Shown here in pieces: positions 12,837 through 24,179 of a DNA stretch of 64,000 bases. Numbering within the stretch: position 1 is the stretch's first letter; each line of letters opens with the position of its first letter. A program made the position numbers and the translations under genes. The DNA lies in the NCBI GenBank assembly GCA_963716745.1, contig OY970320.1, forward strand, positions 1,280,001 to 1,344,000. The letters are read 5' to 3'. The notes below the pieces were generated by a model. The model was given only the letters and a program-made list of their open reading frames with translations. It ran no database searches and was not told where the DNA came from. The DNA is from an uncultured Gemmatimonadaceae bacterium. Its GTDB lineage: Bacteria; Gemmatimonadota; Gemmatimonadetes; Gemmatimonadales; Gemmatimonadaceae.

Positions 12837-14139
12837 GGCGCCACCGCCGCGTGCCCCGCGATCTCGCAGCGCGTGACGCGCTGCGGGCCGCCGCCGCTCG
12901 CGTCGACGAAGGCTTGGATCACGAAATTCACCACCGGAAGTCTCGCGATCATGCCGATCATCGCCCACACGAAGTTGATGTGCTCGAGCGCGCGTGCGAC
13001 AGCGGCGACGCCCTGCTCGTCGCGCGTGCCGTCGCCCGGGTCGTACGTGATGCGCGTGAGATCGCGCGACGGATGCGACTCGGCGGGAATGATCTCGAGC
13101 GACACGGGGTGACGCCAACTGAACCAGCGCGCGATCGCGCGGCACTTGGTGCAGTCAGCCGACACGTAGAGCACCGCGCGGCGACCCGGCGTCGCATAGG
13201 GGCGCCAGCGAGGAAACCACGCGCGCACGGCGCGGCGATACGCTGACGCCACGGTTCGCCGAAACGCGCGCCGAGATCGCGCTGTTCGTCCCAGGCGGCA
13301 AGTCCGGAGCTGTAGACCACGGACATCACGCCCGCCGCAGCGAGCCACCAGCTCGCGAGCAGCACGCCGAGTCCCAGCAGGATCACAGAATTCGCGAGCT
13401 GCATGGGATTCGAGACATACGCGTAGGCGCCGCTCGTGACGAGACGTTTCGTGGCGTCGAACGGGACGGGAGTGCCATCGCCACGGAGGACGAACTCCTG
13501 CACGGCGCTGGCACCGAGCGCGGCCGGGATCGCGAGCAGCTGCAGTGAGATGGAGATCATCCACGACGGGCGCGAGGAGAGCGCGTTCCAATCGCCGCCG
13601 GTGTTCGCGAGGATCACCGTGGGGAGCACGCCGAGCATGATCGCGCTGAATGACGCGCAGAGCAGGACCGCGCGCGCGGGGAGATGCGAGTCGTCGCGAG
13701 TCCAGCGGAAGAATAGTTGCGCAGGAATGAGACAAAGCGCGACGGCCATGAGTTCGCCGGCGAGCCATGTGGGGCCGAGTCGCAGCGCGGGCGCGAGCCG
13801 CGGCATTGCGATGAGATCGAGCACGAGCATCGCGGTCGCGATCGCGGCGAGTCGAGCGCGTGGGAAAGCGAGCGCGGGGATCGCGCTCCAGAGGAGCGCC
13901 CAGCCGACGAGCAGTTCGATCGGGAATCCGAAGAGGCTCGGGCCGGTGGCGTCAAAGCTCCACCAATGGAACCGAATCGCCGCGGCGTGCACCGGCAACA
14001 GCGAGACCATGCACCACGCGAATGCGAAGAGAATGCCGGCGCGTGCACGCCGCGTCGGCGGACGCCAAAGCCAGAGCGCCATCGTGGTGGCGACCGGCAC
14101 GTAAAGCGAGCCGGCGAGCAGAACGTCGATGCGTTCCAT
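12833..14139 (-). CDS. ICMT/PEMT-type membrane methyltransferase fused to DCC1/DUF393-like CxxC domain (frameshift near 13245)
   Basis: Multiple TM helices; GDGTPVPFDATKRLVTSGAYAYVSNPMQ; EQRDLGARFGEPW..YRRAVRAWFPR; then VLYVSADCTKC...GVAAVARAL. Confidence 0.78.
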
Positions 14140-14147
14140 GCCGGCGC

Positions 14148-15074
14148 TCAGCTCCCGGTGGCGGCGGTGGTGATCAAGTAGCCGGCCGTAAGCCAGGCGC
14201 CGTAGTGCTCCCACGGCGCGAAGTACCACGCGGGATCCAGCGTGCGGCGGTAGCGCAGCGTCCAAGTCACACGCGCGTGCGTGGCGTCGATCGCGCTCCA
14301 GGTGACGTCGGCGCCCTCCCAGGTGAGCCAGTGGCGGATGTACGAGTCGTCGCTCACCGCGTCGAAGGAGACCGCTCCGGGCGACGAGTGCGCGACGCGC
14401 ATCGTGAGCGTGCCAGGGTGATGACCGGCGTGCGAGAAGAGGATCGTGCGCTCGTCGCCCACGGCGAGGCCCCCGCCGGTCATCTGCACGGGGCGCGGGA
14501 AGCGCATGCGGAAGAACAGTGGCAGCGGCGCGTCGAAGCGCGGCGTGCGCGCGAGGGATGCGGCCACGGAGTCGGCGCTCATCGGTACGACGCGCGTGAC
14601 AGTGACGCTCGCATCGCGCGCGAAGTTGAACCCGGGCACCACGCCTTCCATGCTCGCGATCAACAACACCGGCAGCGCGATGGCGGGCAGGATCTGCCGG
14701 CCGCGGCGCGTGTGCCGCCAATAATCGCTCTCGGCGATCCGGCCGATGATCACGCCCACCAGCATGAAGAGCGGCGACGCCATCACGATGCAGATGAAGC
14801 CTTCGCCGAGAAGGATGCCGGAGACGAGCAGCGCGATCGTGGTGGCCTTGAGGATGAGACCGGTGGTGGTCTTCGCGGGACCGACGAAGGCGACCATTAC
14901 GATCGCGAGGAGCGTTGGAATGCCGATGAACAACAGCGATGTGTGCTCGAGGTGCTGCGCCTTGAGCAGCCGGAATCCGACGCTCACCGCCGCGACCGCG
15001 AGGATAACGCCAACGGCGGCGCGATTCGGGCTGGGTTCAGCGTCCCTGGGCGGGTCGAACGTGCTGTCCATCAT
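14148..15074 (-). CDS. Membrane protein with C-terminal SRPBCC/START-like domain
   Basis: About five TM helices including EGFICIVMASPL, then a soluble domain ending TWTLRYRRTLDPAWYFAPW. Confidence 0.7.
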   Translation of the reverse strand: MMDSTFDPPRDAEPSPNRAAVGVILAVAAVSVGFRLLKAQHLEHTSLLFIGIPTLLAIVMVAFVGPAKTTTGLILKATTIALLVSGILLGEGFICIVMASPLFMLVGVIIGRIAESDYWRHTRRGRQILPAIALPVLLIASMEGVVPGFNFARDASVTVTRVVPMSADSVAASLARTPRFDAPLPLFFRMRFPRPVQMTGGGLAVGDERTILFSHAGHHPGTLTMRVAHSSPGAVSFDAVSDDSYIRHWLTWEGADVTWSAIDATHARVTWTLRYRRTLDPAWYFAPWEHYGAWLTAGYLITTAATGS

Positions 15075-15760
15075 GCGGCCTCCTGGGCGGCGCCGGTCGT
15101 GAGGCCCGCTTCCGCCAGCATCGCGATCACTCGGCGGCGAATCGGGCGGAAGATCGGAAGCTTCGCGATCGCGAGGAAACGCACGACGGCGTCGAGCGCC
15201 TTATCGGTGAGACGGCGCGTGCGCATCTGATGCGGTGTGCGGTCATAGAGGAAATAGAGGAGCAGGCCCATGTGCAGGGCCCAGAGCGCGAGCGGCGCGA
15301 TGGCGCGCACGTCGGGGGGCAGCGGCTCCTCGTCGAGGGCTCGCGCGAAAAGGGCGACGCTCTCCTCGCGAAGCTGCTGCGTGCTGCGGCCGAGGAAGGA
15401 GAGCGGGTGGTCGGGAGACCCGGTATAACGGAGCAGCGCTCCCATCAATCTCCGGTCGGGCTCGAGGAGATCGAGCTTGGAGTGGAAGACGATCCCGAGC
15501 CGGGCGCGGAGGGCGCGCGCCGTTGGCAGCTCGGCGGTGACGCGGGCGGAGTGGAGCGCCTGCGCCTGGTCGTAGTACGCGAGGACGATCGCGTCCTTGG
15601 ACGGGAAGTAGTGATAGGCGGCGCCGAGCGCGACGCCGGAGGCGGCGGCGATATCGCGCATCGTGGCGGCGTCGAAGCCGTCGCGGCGGAAGAGGGTGAG
15701 GGCGGCGTCGCGGATGCGGTCGCGGGTGGCCTCGCCCTTGGGAGAGAGTGTTTTGAACAT
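15071..15760 (-). CDS. TetR family transcriptional regulator
   Basis: TRDRIRDAALTLFRRDGFDAATMRDIAAASGVALGAAYHYFPSKD HTH. Confidence 0.93.
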   Translation of the reverse strand: MFKTLSPKGEATRDRIRDAALTLFRRDGFDAATMRDIAAASGVALGAAYHYFPSKDAIVLAYYDQAQALHSARVTAELPTARALRARLGIVFHSKLDLLEPDRRLMGALLRYTGSPDHPLSFLGRSTQQLREESVALFARALDEEPLPPDVRAIAPLALWALHMGLLLYFLYDRTPHQMRTRRLTDKALDAVVRFLAIAKLPIFRPIRRRVIAMLAEAGLTTGAAQEAA

Positions 15761-15818
15761 GTTCAATAATTTGGAGCCCCCAGGTCGCGCTGTCAAGGGG
15801 AATATTGAACATGTTCAA
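15753..15818 (-). promoter_or_regulatory. TetR promoter with two perfect palindromic operators TTGAACATGTTCAA
   Basis: Palindromes at 15753-15766 (over the ATG) and 15805-15818; on the minus strand TTGACA-17-CAAATT-7-ATG. Confidence 0.82.
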
Positions 15819-15912
15819 AATGTTACAGGGAGCCTTCCGGGCCGGAAACCTGCGGCGGCCCGGCGGCTTATCTTCTTAGACCCCAGCGACCTCCACTCTT
15901 CGGAGCCCTGTC

Positions 15913-16752
15913 ATGGTGCTGCGCCCCCTTCGCCCGCTCCCGCCCCGCCCCGCCCACGACGTGTTCGACAGCTGGCTGGACGGCCTCGAGCACCAGCTCG
16001 CCGACCCCGCCGCCGACCGCGTCGCGATCTGCCGGCGCACGCTGCTGGATCTCGTCTACCCCCAGTTCGCCGCGAACTACGACACGGCGATCCAGGACAA
16101 GATGCTCCCGCTCGCGACCCGCGCGGCGCTCATCTCGCTCGATCCGCGGCATATCACGCTCGAGCCGGAATACTACGCCGAGTGCGATGACGAGAAATTC
16201 CAGAGGGTGAAGCCGCTCTTGTGGCTCTGGTACAGCTTCGACCGCACGGCGATCGCGGGGCAGAACGTAGACATCGCGATCCGTTTCCGGCGCATCCTCG
16301 CGCCGCACATCTTCAAGCGCTGCGGCACGAATTTCAAAGCGTTCCAGAACGTGGAGTTCTCCTTCGGCTACAACATCGAGGCCGGCGACGATGTGGTGAT
16401 CCATCGTCATGTACTGCTCGACGACCGCGGCGGCTTGATACTCGGGAATCGCGTGAGCGTGTCGGACTACGCGAACATCTACAGCCACACGCACAGTATC
16501 GTGGACCAGAAGGACGTCACCGACGCCGTCACGACGCTCGAGGACGATGTGCGCATCACGTACCACGCCACCGTGCTCGCCGGCGTGACCGTGGGCACGA
16601 ACGGCATGGTCGGCGCGATGGCGCTCGCGACGAAGGATGTGCGGCCGTTCCACGTGAACGTGGGCATCCCCGCCAAGAGCGTCCGTATCAAGCCGAACGC
16701 TCCGCCGCATCCGGAAGTCCACAGCAGCGCGCAGAGCAAGAAGCCCAAGTAG
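15913..16752 (+). CDS. Hexapeptide-repeat (left-handed beta-helix) acyltransferase
   Basis: LGNRVSVSDYANIYSHTH, LEDDVRITYHATVLAGVTVG, VGIPAK. Confidence 0.85.
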   Translation: MVLRPLRPLPPRPAHDVFDSWLDGLEHQLADPAADRVAICRRTLLDLVYPQFAANYDTAIQDKMLPLATRAALISLDPRHITLEPEYYAECDDEKFQRVKPLLWLWYSFDRTAIAGQNVDIAIRFRRILAPHIFKRCGTNFKAFQNVEFSFGYNIEAGDDVVIHRHVLLDDRGGLILGNRVSVSDYANIYSHTHSIVDQKDVTDAVTTLEDDVRITYHATVLAGVTVGTNGMVGAMALATKDVRPFHVNVGIPAKSVRIKPNAPPHPEVHSSAQSKKPK

Positions 16753-16786
16753 GAACTCAGCGCGCCCGCGGCGCTCCGCAGGGCCA

Positions 16787-17015
16787 GCGGGGATCACGGT
16801 TCATGTTTAACGGGATGCGGCGGAAGAAGCGCGGATGCGTTGGATTTGCGCCAAGTGGCGAAACGGCCACCCTGACGCTGATCAGTTTTGCAGTTGTTGT
16901 TTACAACAACACTGTGCGCATGTCGCGCCCCGACGATCCTCTCTCGCGCATTGGGCGATCCAGCGAATCCGTGCCCCCTCCGCCGCATCCCGTTGAACAT
17001 GAGCCGTGATCTCGC
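16787..17015. repeat. Inverted-repeat element with CGGAT 9-mer arms and central GTTGTTGTTTACAACAAC palindrome (family C, copy 1)
   Basis: Imperfect ~65-bp arms at 16787-16854 and 16951-17015; central palindrome at 16893-16910. Confidence 0.85.
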
Positions 17016-17071
17016 ATGGCAGCGCAGATCGTGAGGCTCCCGGGAGCTCGGTGAGATGCTAGCTTAGTCCC

Positions 17072-17494
17072 GTGATCTCTCCACGACATTGCGCGTGCGC
17101 ACTGGTGATGGCCGCGGTCGCATGCGGCGCGCCAATGAATCTCGAGCTGAATGGCCTCAGCCCTCAGCCGCTCGGCGCGACACTCAAGTGCGTCGCTGCC
17201 ACTGCGGACTCGCTTGGATTCAAGCCGGTGACCGTGAACAATGGGAAAGGCATTGAGGCGACGCACAAGGATTCCGTGCTCGCACCGTACGAGGACGGGC
17301 GGCTCGACAAGATCACAGCGAACGGCGCGAACGCTGAGAGCAATGAAGGGGCGTCAACGCTGCACGTGACCGCGAGCAGCTTCTCGCTGCACTGGACACG
17401 CGTTGGCGTGGAGACACAGGAGATCCCCGCATCGTCAGCGGTCAGGGCTGCCAGCAATGTTATCATGTCGAGATGTGGTAACGCCAACAACTGA
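17072..17494 (+). CDS. Hypothetical lipoprotein
   Basis: Lipobox-like AAVAC; TGcTAGCTT lies 6 nt before the GTG. Confidence 0.6.
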   Translation: MISPRHCACALVMAAVACGAPMNLELNGLSPQPLGATLKCVAATADSLGFKPVTVNNGKGIEATHKDSVLAPYEDGRLDKITANGANAESNEGASTLHVTASSFSLHWTRVGVETQEIPASSAVRAASNVIMSRCGNANN

Positions 17495-17521
17495 CGGCGC
17501 GTCTGGCGTATGGTACGACCA

Positions 17522-18436
17522 CTACACGGTGCCGCTTCCGCTCACTTCGCCGGCGCGGCCGGGGAGGGTGATGCGCGTGAGCTGACGGACCGGAACCTTC
17601 GCGCGATCCGCGAGCGCCTCGCGCGCGATCTGTTCCATGGTCACGAAGCCCACGCCATCGGCGCGCCACGCTTCGAGCTGGCGCTCGAATAGAGGGAGCA
17701 GCGCGGTCGCTTCCACCTCGGTGTGGATCGAGTGCACCTCGGTCCCCTGCACCGCCTTCGTGTAGTACGCGATGAACGCGTCGTCGCTCGCGAACTCCGG
17801 CGAGTTGTACGTCTCGTCCCACGTCGGCAGCGTGGTCGGGATCTCGAGTGCCTTGAACTGGCGGCCGTGGAATTCCGGGAAGAAGGGCGCGCCGAGCCGC
17901 GTGTTGGACGCGTACTCGATCCCGAATCGGTCCTGCACGGTGAGCGTCGTCGGCGACGCCTGCCAGCCCGGCGCCGCCGATGCGCGCGCGCGACGCCCGA
18001 AGATCCTCTCGAACTCGCGATGCGCCGCGCCGTATTCCGCCGCAATGTCCTCCTCCGGCATGCGCACGGCGCGGTCGTGCCACTTGATATGGTCCCAGCC
18101 GTGCACGCCTACTTCGTGCCCCGCGTCGCCGACGGAACGGATCACGCCGGCTAGCTTCTCTCCGATCATCGGCGCGGGCAGAAGGGTGCCATACATCATC
18201 GTGCGCTTGGGGTACATCGCCACGGCCTTGGACCGCAGCATCTTCTTCAGGAATCCCTTGCGCGTGAACACGCGCGCGATCGCGCGGCCCGAGCGGTCAG
18301 GCCCAAGCGTGAAATAGAAACTCGCGCGGATCGTAAACCGATCGAACAGCCGCAGGAGATTCGGCAGTCCGTCGCGCGTGCCCAGATACGTATCGCAATC
18401 GACTTTGAGCGCGACGCGGCGCGCTCCGCCCGTCAC
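17522..18436 (-). CDS. arnD: Undecaprenyl-phosphate-L-Ara4FN deformylase
   Basis: [36 protein letters not shown]; last gene of the arn cluster. Confidence 0.88.
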   Translation of the reverse strand: MTGGARRVALKVDCDTYLGTRDGLPNLLRLFDRFTIRASFYFTLGPDRSGRAIARVFTRKGFLKKMLRSKAVAMYPKRTMMYGTLLPAPMIGEKLAGVIRSVGDAGHEVGVHGWDHIKWHDRAVRMPEEDIAAEYGAAHREFERIFGRRARASAAPGWQASPTTLTVQDRFGIEYASNTRLGAPFFPEFHGRQFKALEIPTTLPTWDETYNSPEFASDDAFIAYYTKAVQGTEVHSIHTEVEATALLPLFERQLEAWRADGVGFVTMEQIAREALADRAKVPVRQLTRITLPGRAGEVSGSGTV

Positions 18437-19467
18437 GGCGCCGGGGGACGCTCGCGTCCCTTCAGGTAGAAGTCGAGGGTGCGCTTGATCGCCTCATCGA
18501 AGTCCACCTTCGGCGTCCATCCCAGCTTCTCCTTCGCCCGCTTGATCGACGGCACTCGCGTCATGATGTCCTGGTAGCCCTTGCCGTAGTACTTCTGATT
18601 GGTGACGGCGATGATCTTGGTCTTCTTCGCCGCGTCCGCGAACGCCGGATATTTCCCCACGGCCTTCACCAAACGCTCGGCGAGTTCCTTGATCGAGAGA
18701 TCGTTCGCCGGATTCCCGATGTTGAAGATCCCGCCGTCGGCGCAGCCATCCTTGTTCTCGAGGATCTTCATCAGCGCGTCAATGCCGTCGTCGATGTACG
18801 TGAACGAGCGCCGCTGCGTGCCGCCGTCCACGAGCTTGATCGGCTCGCCGTACAAGATGTTGTGCAGGAACTGCGTCAGCACGCGCGAGCTGCCTTCCTT
18901 GGGCGAATCCACATTGTCCAAGTGCGGCCCGATCCAGTTGAACGGCCGAAACAGCGTGAACTTGAGCCCCTGCTGCATGCCGAGCGCGTAGATCACACGA
19001 TCCAGCAGCTGCTTGCTCGTGGAGTAGATCCAGCGCGGCTTATTGATCGGCCCGTACACGAGCGTGCTCGTCTCCTCGTCGAACTCGGGGTCGGGGCACA
19101 TGCCGTACACTTCGCTCGTGCTCGGGAACACCACGCGCTTCCCGTAGCGCGCGCACTGCTTCACGATGCGCAGGTTCTCCTCGAAGTCGAGCTCGAACAC
19201 CGCGAGCGGATTCGACACGTACGTCGCCGGCGTCGCGATCGCGACGAGCGGCAGCACCACATCGCACTTCTTAATGTGGTACTCGATCCACTCCTTGTTG
19301 ATCGCGATGTCGCCTTCCAGGAAATGGAAGCGCTTGTCGCCCAGGAATGGCTCGATCTTCTCGGAACTCATGTCGAGCCCGAACACTTCCCAGTCGGTGG
19401 TCTTCAGGATGCGCGCGGTGAGCGCGTTGCCGATGAAACCGTTGACGCCGAGGATGAGGACGCGCAT
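18433..19467 (-). CDS. arnA: UDP-glucuronate dehydrogenase/decarboxylase (stand-alone ArnA C-terminal domain)
   Basis: [58 protein letters not shown]. Confidence 0.93.
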   Translation of the reverse strand: MRVLILGVNGFIGNALTARILKTTDWEVFGLDMSSEKIEPFLGDKRFHFLEGDIAINKEWIEYHIKKCDVVLPLVAIATPATYVSNPLAVFELDFEENLRIVKQCARYGKRVVFPSTSEVYGMCPDPEFDEETSTLVYGPINKPRWIYSTSKQLLDRVIYALGMQQGLKFTLFRPFNWIGPHLDNVDSPKEGSSRVLTQFLHNILYGEPIKLVDGGTQRRSFTYIDDGIDALMKILENKDGCADGGIFNIGNPANDLSIKELAERLVKAVGKYPAFADAAKKTKIIAVTNQKYYGKGYQDIMTRVPSIKRAKEKLGWTPKVDFDEAIKRTLDFYLKGRERPPAP

Positions 19468-19478
19468 GCGAAGCCTGC

Positions 19479-20417
19479 CTAGTGGTTGGTCGTAAGCGTT
19501 CTGAGGCGCTGCGCGAGTGCGGCGCCCTGGAGTTCCGGTTCCTCGTTCACCTGCGCGGTCACGATCTCGAGCCAGCGGCCGTCGGCGCCCGCGGCAAAGC
19601 TATGATCGCCGTCGAAGCGGAACGTGCCGGGCTTCGGGCGCGGGGCGGAAGGCGTGCCGTCGACGCGCTTCGTGCGCCAGATCATGAGCTTCGAATTGCA
19701 CACGTTCGCGTACGCGCCGGGATACGGATGCGACACCGCGCGCACGAGATTGTGGATGTCACCGGCGGGCCGCGTCCAGACGATCTCGCCATCTTCGGGC
19801 CGGCGGCGTCCGAACTTCGTCGCCGCGGCGTTGTCCTGCGGCTTGCGCGGCGCGGTGCCGGTGAGCAGCGCGTCGAGTTGCCGCGCCAATACCTGCACCG
19901 CCGCGCCCTTCACGCGCGACTGCACCTCGGCCGCGCTGTCGTCGGGGCCGATGGCAACGGGCTCTTGGTCGACGATGTCGCCGGCGTCCGCGAGCGCGGT
20001 CATCACGTGGAGCGTCGCGCCGGTCTCCTTCTCGCCGAGCGCGACCGCCCAGTTCACCGGCGCGCGGCCGCGATACTTGGGGAGGAGCGAGCCGTGCATG
20101 TTGAAGGCGCCAAGCGTCGCCCGCGAGAATGCGGCGGCTGGGATCAACTGACGGTAGTAGAACGAGAGCAGGAGGTCGGGCTCGAGCGCCGTGAATTCCT
20201 CCACGACGTGCTCGTTACGAAGGTCGGCATCGAGATGCACCGGGATCTTCGCTTCGCGCGCGCGTTCCGCGACCGAGGGGAACCAGAGTTTCTCTCCCGG
20301 TGCATCGGCGTGCGAATATGCCGCGACGACGTTCACGCCACGCTCCAGGAGCAGCGAGAGGCTGGCGTGTCCGACATCCGAGTAGCCGAACACGACGACG
20401 CGCGGCAGGTCCGTCAT
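19479..20417 (-). CDS. arnA: UDP-L-Ara4N formyltransferase (stand-alone ArnA N-terminal domain)
   Basis: [47 protein letters not shown]. Confidence 0.92.
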   Translation of the reverse strand: MTDLPRVVVFGYSDVGHASLSLLLERGVNVVAAYSHADAPGEKLWFPSVAERAREAKIPVHLDADLRNEHVVEEFTALEPDLLLSFYYRQLIPAAAFSRATLGAFNMHGSLLPKYRGRAPVNWAVALGEKETGATLHVMTALADAGDIVDQEPVAIGPDDSAAEVQSRVKGAAVQVLARQLDALLTGTAPRKPQDNAAATKFGRRRPEDGEIVWTRPAGDIHNLVRAVSHPYPGAYANVCNSKLMIWRTKRVDGTPSAPRPKPGTFRFDGDHSFAAGADGRWLEIVTAQVNEEPELQGAALAQRLRTLTTNH

Positions 20418-21373
20418 CGATCGGATCGTCCGCCGTACACGTGGCGGATGAGATAGCGCGGCCGCCCGCGCACTTCCTGGTAGATGCGCCCGACATACTC
20501 GCCGACGATGCCGACGCCCGCCATGAGCACGCCCATCACGACGAACGCGAGCGCGAACAGCGTGAACACGCCCTCGGCTTCGGAGGCGCGCAGCAGGATG
20601 AACCGCCGCACGAGCAGGTACACGCCGAAGAGCACGCCACCGCTCGCGGTGATGAACCCGAAGAGCGTGAACAACTGCAGCGGCACGACCGAGAATCCCG
20701 TCATAAGATCGAAGTTCAGCCGGATGAGCCGATAGAACGAATACTTCGACTCCCCCGCTGAGCGCTCGGCGTGCGCGACGGGAACCTCGGTGGGATGACG
20801 CGCGATGCTCTGCGCGAGCGCGGGGATGAACGTAGAGTGTTCTTCGCTGCGATTGATGAGTTCGATCACTTCGCGCGAATACGCGCGCAGCATGCAGCCG
20901 TAGTCCGTCATCTTGATGCCCGTGATCGCGACGGTCACGCGATTCACGAGCCACGACGCGCCGCGGCGGAAGAGCGAATCTTGCCGCTGCTGCCGCACGC
21001 CGCCCACGACATCGAAGCCTTCGTCCATCTTGGCGAGGAGCTTGGCGATCTCCTCGGGCGGGTTCTGCAGGTCGGCGTCGAGCGTGACGATCGCGTCGCC
21101 CTTGGCCACCGAGAATCCGGCGAGGATGGCCGGATGCTGGCCGAAGTTGCGCGAGAGCTCCACGATCACGATGCGATCCGGATCTCTCGCGGACTCGGCG
21201 CGCAGCAGGTCGATCGACTTGTCGCGGCTGCCGTCGTCCACGAGGATTATCTCGTAGGGGCGGCGGAGCGCGTCGAGCGCGGTGTAGAGACGCGCGAAGA
21301 GCGTGGGGAGCGTCGCCTCCTCGTTGTACACGGGGATCACGACCGAGACCATCCCCTGCGCGGCGGCGCTCAT
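20414..21373 (-). CDS. arnC: Undecaprenyl-phosphate L-Ara4FN transferase (GT2)
   Basis: VVIPVYNEE, DDGSRD, RNFGQHPA, DADLQNPPEEI, DYGCMLRAY, two C-terminal TM helices. Confidence 0.92.
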   Translation of the reverse strand: MSAAAQGMVSVVIPVYNEEATLPTLFARLYTALDALRRPYEIILVDDGSRDKSIDLLRAESARDPDRIVIVELSRNFGQHPAILAGFSVAKGDAIVTLDADLQNPPEEIAKLLAKMDEGFDVVGGVRQQRQDSLFRRGASWLVNRVTVAITGIKMTDYGCMLRAYSREVIELINRSEEHSTFIPALAQSIARHPTEVPVAHAERSAGESKYSFYRLIRLNFDLMTGFSVVPLQLFTLFGFITASGGVLFGVYLLVRRFILLRASEAEGVFTLFALAFVVMGVLMAGVGIVGEYVGRIYQEVRGRPRYLIRHVYGGRSDR

Positions 21374-22554
21374 CGCGCGAACCTCGCGGCGACGTCCTGC
21401 ACCGCGGCGATCGCGTCGTCCTGATCATCGTCACTGAGCATCGGGAAGAGCGGCAGCGACATGATGCGCTCCGACACGAAGTGCGCTTCGGGGAAATCGG
21501 CGGGCTTCCAGCCGTAGTGATCGCGATAATACGAGAACTCGTGCACTGCGGTGTAATGGAGGCCGACGCCGATATTGCGCTCCTTCAGTTCCTGCATGAA
21601 GCGGTCGCGATCGATCGTGAGCGCGTCGAGATTCACGAGCGGAGTGTAGAGATGCCACGCATGGCGTGTGGGGTATGGCGTATGGGTAGGAAGGATGAGC
21701 GCGTCGAGGCCGGCGAACGCCTCGTGGTACCTCATCGCCAGTCGCGTTCGCGCTTCAATGAATCCATCGAGCCGCGGGAGTTGATGGATGCCGAGCGCGG
21801 CCTGGATGTCCATCATGTTGTACTTGTAGCCGGGCATCGCGATGTCGTAACGCGGCGAACCCGCCTTCGCGAACCGCTTCCACGCGTTGCGGTCCATCCC
21901 GTGGAATCGCAGCAGGCAGATTTTTTCGAATATCTCTTCGCTCGGCGTGACGATCATCCCGCCTTCGCCGGTGGTGATGTTCTTGTTCGGGTGGAAGGAG
22001 AAGATCGAAGTGGTGTCGAACGAGCCGATCTTCTTGCCCTTGTACTCCGTGCCGGCCGCATGCGCCGCGTCTTCGATCACCACCAGCTCATGCTTGCGCG
22101 CGAGCTCCATGATGGGATCGAGATCCGCGGCATCGCCTACGTAGTGCACTACGATGATGGCCTTGGTGCGCTTCGTGATCCTCCTCTCGATCTCGGCGAC
22201 GCGCACCTGCAGCGTGCCGCGATCGATGTCGGCGAGCACCGGCGTCGCACCGACCAACGCGATCATGTTCACGGTGGCCGCGAAGGTGAGCGGCGTGGTG
22301 ATCACCTCGTCGCCCGCGCCAATGCCGTGCGCGAGCAAGGCGAGATGCAATCCGGCGGTGGCCGACGACAACGCGGCCGCATGTTTGCCGCCCACGTATT
22401 CCGCGAACATTGCGGAGAACCTCTCCACCTTTGGGCCCGTGGTGATCCACCCCGACTGGAGCGATTCCACCAACTCGGCGATCTCCGCCTCGCCGATGGA
22501 TGGCCGCGAGAATGGCAGGAAGGTGTCGCGGATCAGCGTCTTGTCGGCGCTCAT
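21370..22554 (-). CDS. arnB: UDP-4-amino-4-deoxy-L-arabinose aminotransferase (DegT/DnrJ family)
   Basis: FLPFSRP, SGWITTGPK, EDAAHA, SFHPNKNITTGEGG. Confidence 0.92.
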   Translation of the reverse strand: MSADKTLIRDTFLPFSRPSIGEAEIAELVESLQSGWITTGPKVERFSAMFAEYVGGKHAAALSSATAGLHLALLAHGIGAGDEVITTPLTFAATVNMIALVGATPVLADIDRGTLQVRVAEIERRITKRTKAIIVVHYVGDAADLDPIMELARKHELVVIEDAAHAAGTEYKGKKIGSFDTTSIFSFHPNKNITTGEGGMIVTPSEEIFEKICLLRFHGMDRNAWKRFAKAGSPRYDIAMPGYKYNMMDIQAALGIHQLPRLDGFIEARTRLAMRYHEAFAGLDALILPTHTPYPTRHAWHLYTPLVNLDALTIDRDRFMQELKERNIGVGLHYTAVHEFSYYRDHYGWKPADFPEAHFVSERIMSLPLFPMLSDDDQDDAIAAVQDVAARFAR

Positions 22555-24170
22555 GGCGTGAGGCGGAGGGAGTCAGCTGGCACGTTGGTCACTACAAGAT
22601 ACGCCGTGTTGGACGCGACCGTAGCGAACCGAACGTGCCCGGTGGTCCACTCGTCGATCGCGCGGCGCTTCATCACGACGGCCATTGGTTCACCGGCGCT
22701 CCACCGGCGCCAGAAGTCGTCGTGGGTCCAGAAGATCTCGGGCGCGCGCACACCATCGGACGCGAGCTCGCCGGTGAAGTCGGCGACCACCACCTGGTCC
22801 TTGAGCGTCCACGCCAACCCCTGCGGGTAGGCGCGGTAGGCGACCACGCGCGCGCCGGGCACCGCGACCGCGGCGCGCGCGAGATCATCCACGGACAATT
22901 CGTGCGACAGTCCCGGCAACGCGAACACGAGGCCGGCGTAGAGGCCGGCCCAGCCGAGCGCGGCCGCCATGAGCCCCGGCCGCCCGGCGCGGCCGGCGAG
23001 CCATGCGGCGGCCCAGGAGCCGGCGCAAAGCATGGCGGTCCCAGCGATCGCGGACACGGAGATGTACGACGCGAACTTGCCGTTCATCATCACGAGCGCC
23101 GCAATGAACGGCGCCGACATGAGCGCCGCGTACGCGATGAACAGCGGGCGCGGCCGCCGTTCGGCGGTCACGATGAACCGCGCGGTGATCGCCGCCGCCG
23201 CGGGGAATGCCGGCAAGATGTACGGGAGCAGTTTGGACTTCGATACCGAGAAGAAAACGAGGATCACGAAGAACCAGATCGCGAACAACACCGTGTCGGC
23301 GCGCTCGCGCAGCCACTGGCGATCCGGCGTTTTCCAGCGCGGGCGCGCCTTCGACAGCCATACGCCGAACGGGATCGTCCATGGCAGGAATCCGCCGATG
23401 AATGCGAGCACGAAGAAATAGAATGGCGCTTCGCGCTTCGCCTCGTTCGTCGCGAAGCGCTGGAAATGTTCGCGAATGAAGAACACCTGCGAGAATCCCG
23501 GATTCCGGCGCTCCATGAGCACGAACCAGGGCGCGGCGACGGCGAACAGTACGAATGGCGCAGGCGACACGAAGAGGCGCCCGAGTCGCCGCCATTCTCC
23601 CATCACGCCGATATAGAGCAGGAACACCAATCCCGGCAGCACGATGCCGATCAGCCCCTTCGCGAGCACCGCGAGCGCGCATCCGAGGCCCAGCAGCGCG
23701 AGCGACCACATGGGGCGTTCGTCGCGGAAGAACGCGCGCATCGACACGAGCGCGAGCGTCATCCCGAAGGTGAGCACGCCGTCGGTCACGTTGTAGCGGC
23801 CCAGTACGAACGAGAGCGGCGCCGAGAGCAGGATGAGCGCCGCCCACAGGCCGAGATCGCCGCCGAGCGCGAACGCCATGAGCGCCGCAGTCCCGAGCGC
23901 CGCGAGCCGCGCCGGCAGCCGCGCGGCGAACGGCGTCTCGCCGAGCATTTTGAAGCTCGCCGCATTCGCCCAGTAGAGCAGCGGCGGTTTCTCGTAGTAG
24001 CGCGTGCCGTTCAGCCGCGGCGTGACGAGGTCGCCCGCCGCGAGCATCTCGCGCGGGATCTCCGCGTAGCGCGCCTCGTCAGGCTCGATGAGACGCGAGC
24101 CGGGCAGCTCGACGAAGAGCAGCACCGAGAACAGACCGATCAACGCGAGCAGCCAGCGACGTTCTGTCAT
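22551..24170 (-). CDS. arnT: ArnT/PMT-family lipid A L-Ara4N transferase
   Basis: PDEARYAEIPREM, YYEKPPLLYW, LAKG, SKSKLLPYILP; many TM helices. Confidence 0.9.
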   Translation of the reverse strand: MTERRWLLALIGLFSVLLFVELPGSRLIEPDEARYAEIPREMLAAGDLVTPRLNGTRYYEKPPLLYWANAASFKMLGETPFAARLPARLAALGTAALMAFALGGDLGLWAALILLSAPLSFVLGRYNVTDGVLTFGMTLALVSMRAFFRDERPMWSLALLGLGCALAVLAKGLIGIVLPGLVFLLYIGVMGEWRRLGRLFVSPAPFVLFAVAAPWFVLMERRNPGFSQVFFIREHFQRFATNEAKREAPFYFFVLAFIGGFLPWTIPFGVWLSKARPRWKTPDRQWLRERADTVLFAIWFFVILVFFSVSKSKLLPYILPAFPAAAAITARFIVTAERRPRPLFIAYAALMSAPFIAALVMMNGKFASYISVSAIAGTAMLCAGSWAAAWLAGRAGRPGLMAAALGWAGLYAGLVFALPGLSHELSVDDLARAAVAVPGARVVAYRAYPQGLAWTLKDQVVVADFTGELASDGVRAPEIFWTHDDFWRRWSAGEPMAVVMKRRAIDEWTTGHVRFATVASNTAYLVVTNVPADSLRLTP

Positions 24171-24179
24171 GCGATAACG

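Noticed and set aside
16794..17009. Mirror-image small ORFs starting MFNGMRR on both strands
   Set aside because: They are a by-product of the inverted-repeat arms; there is no independent coding evidence.
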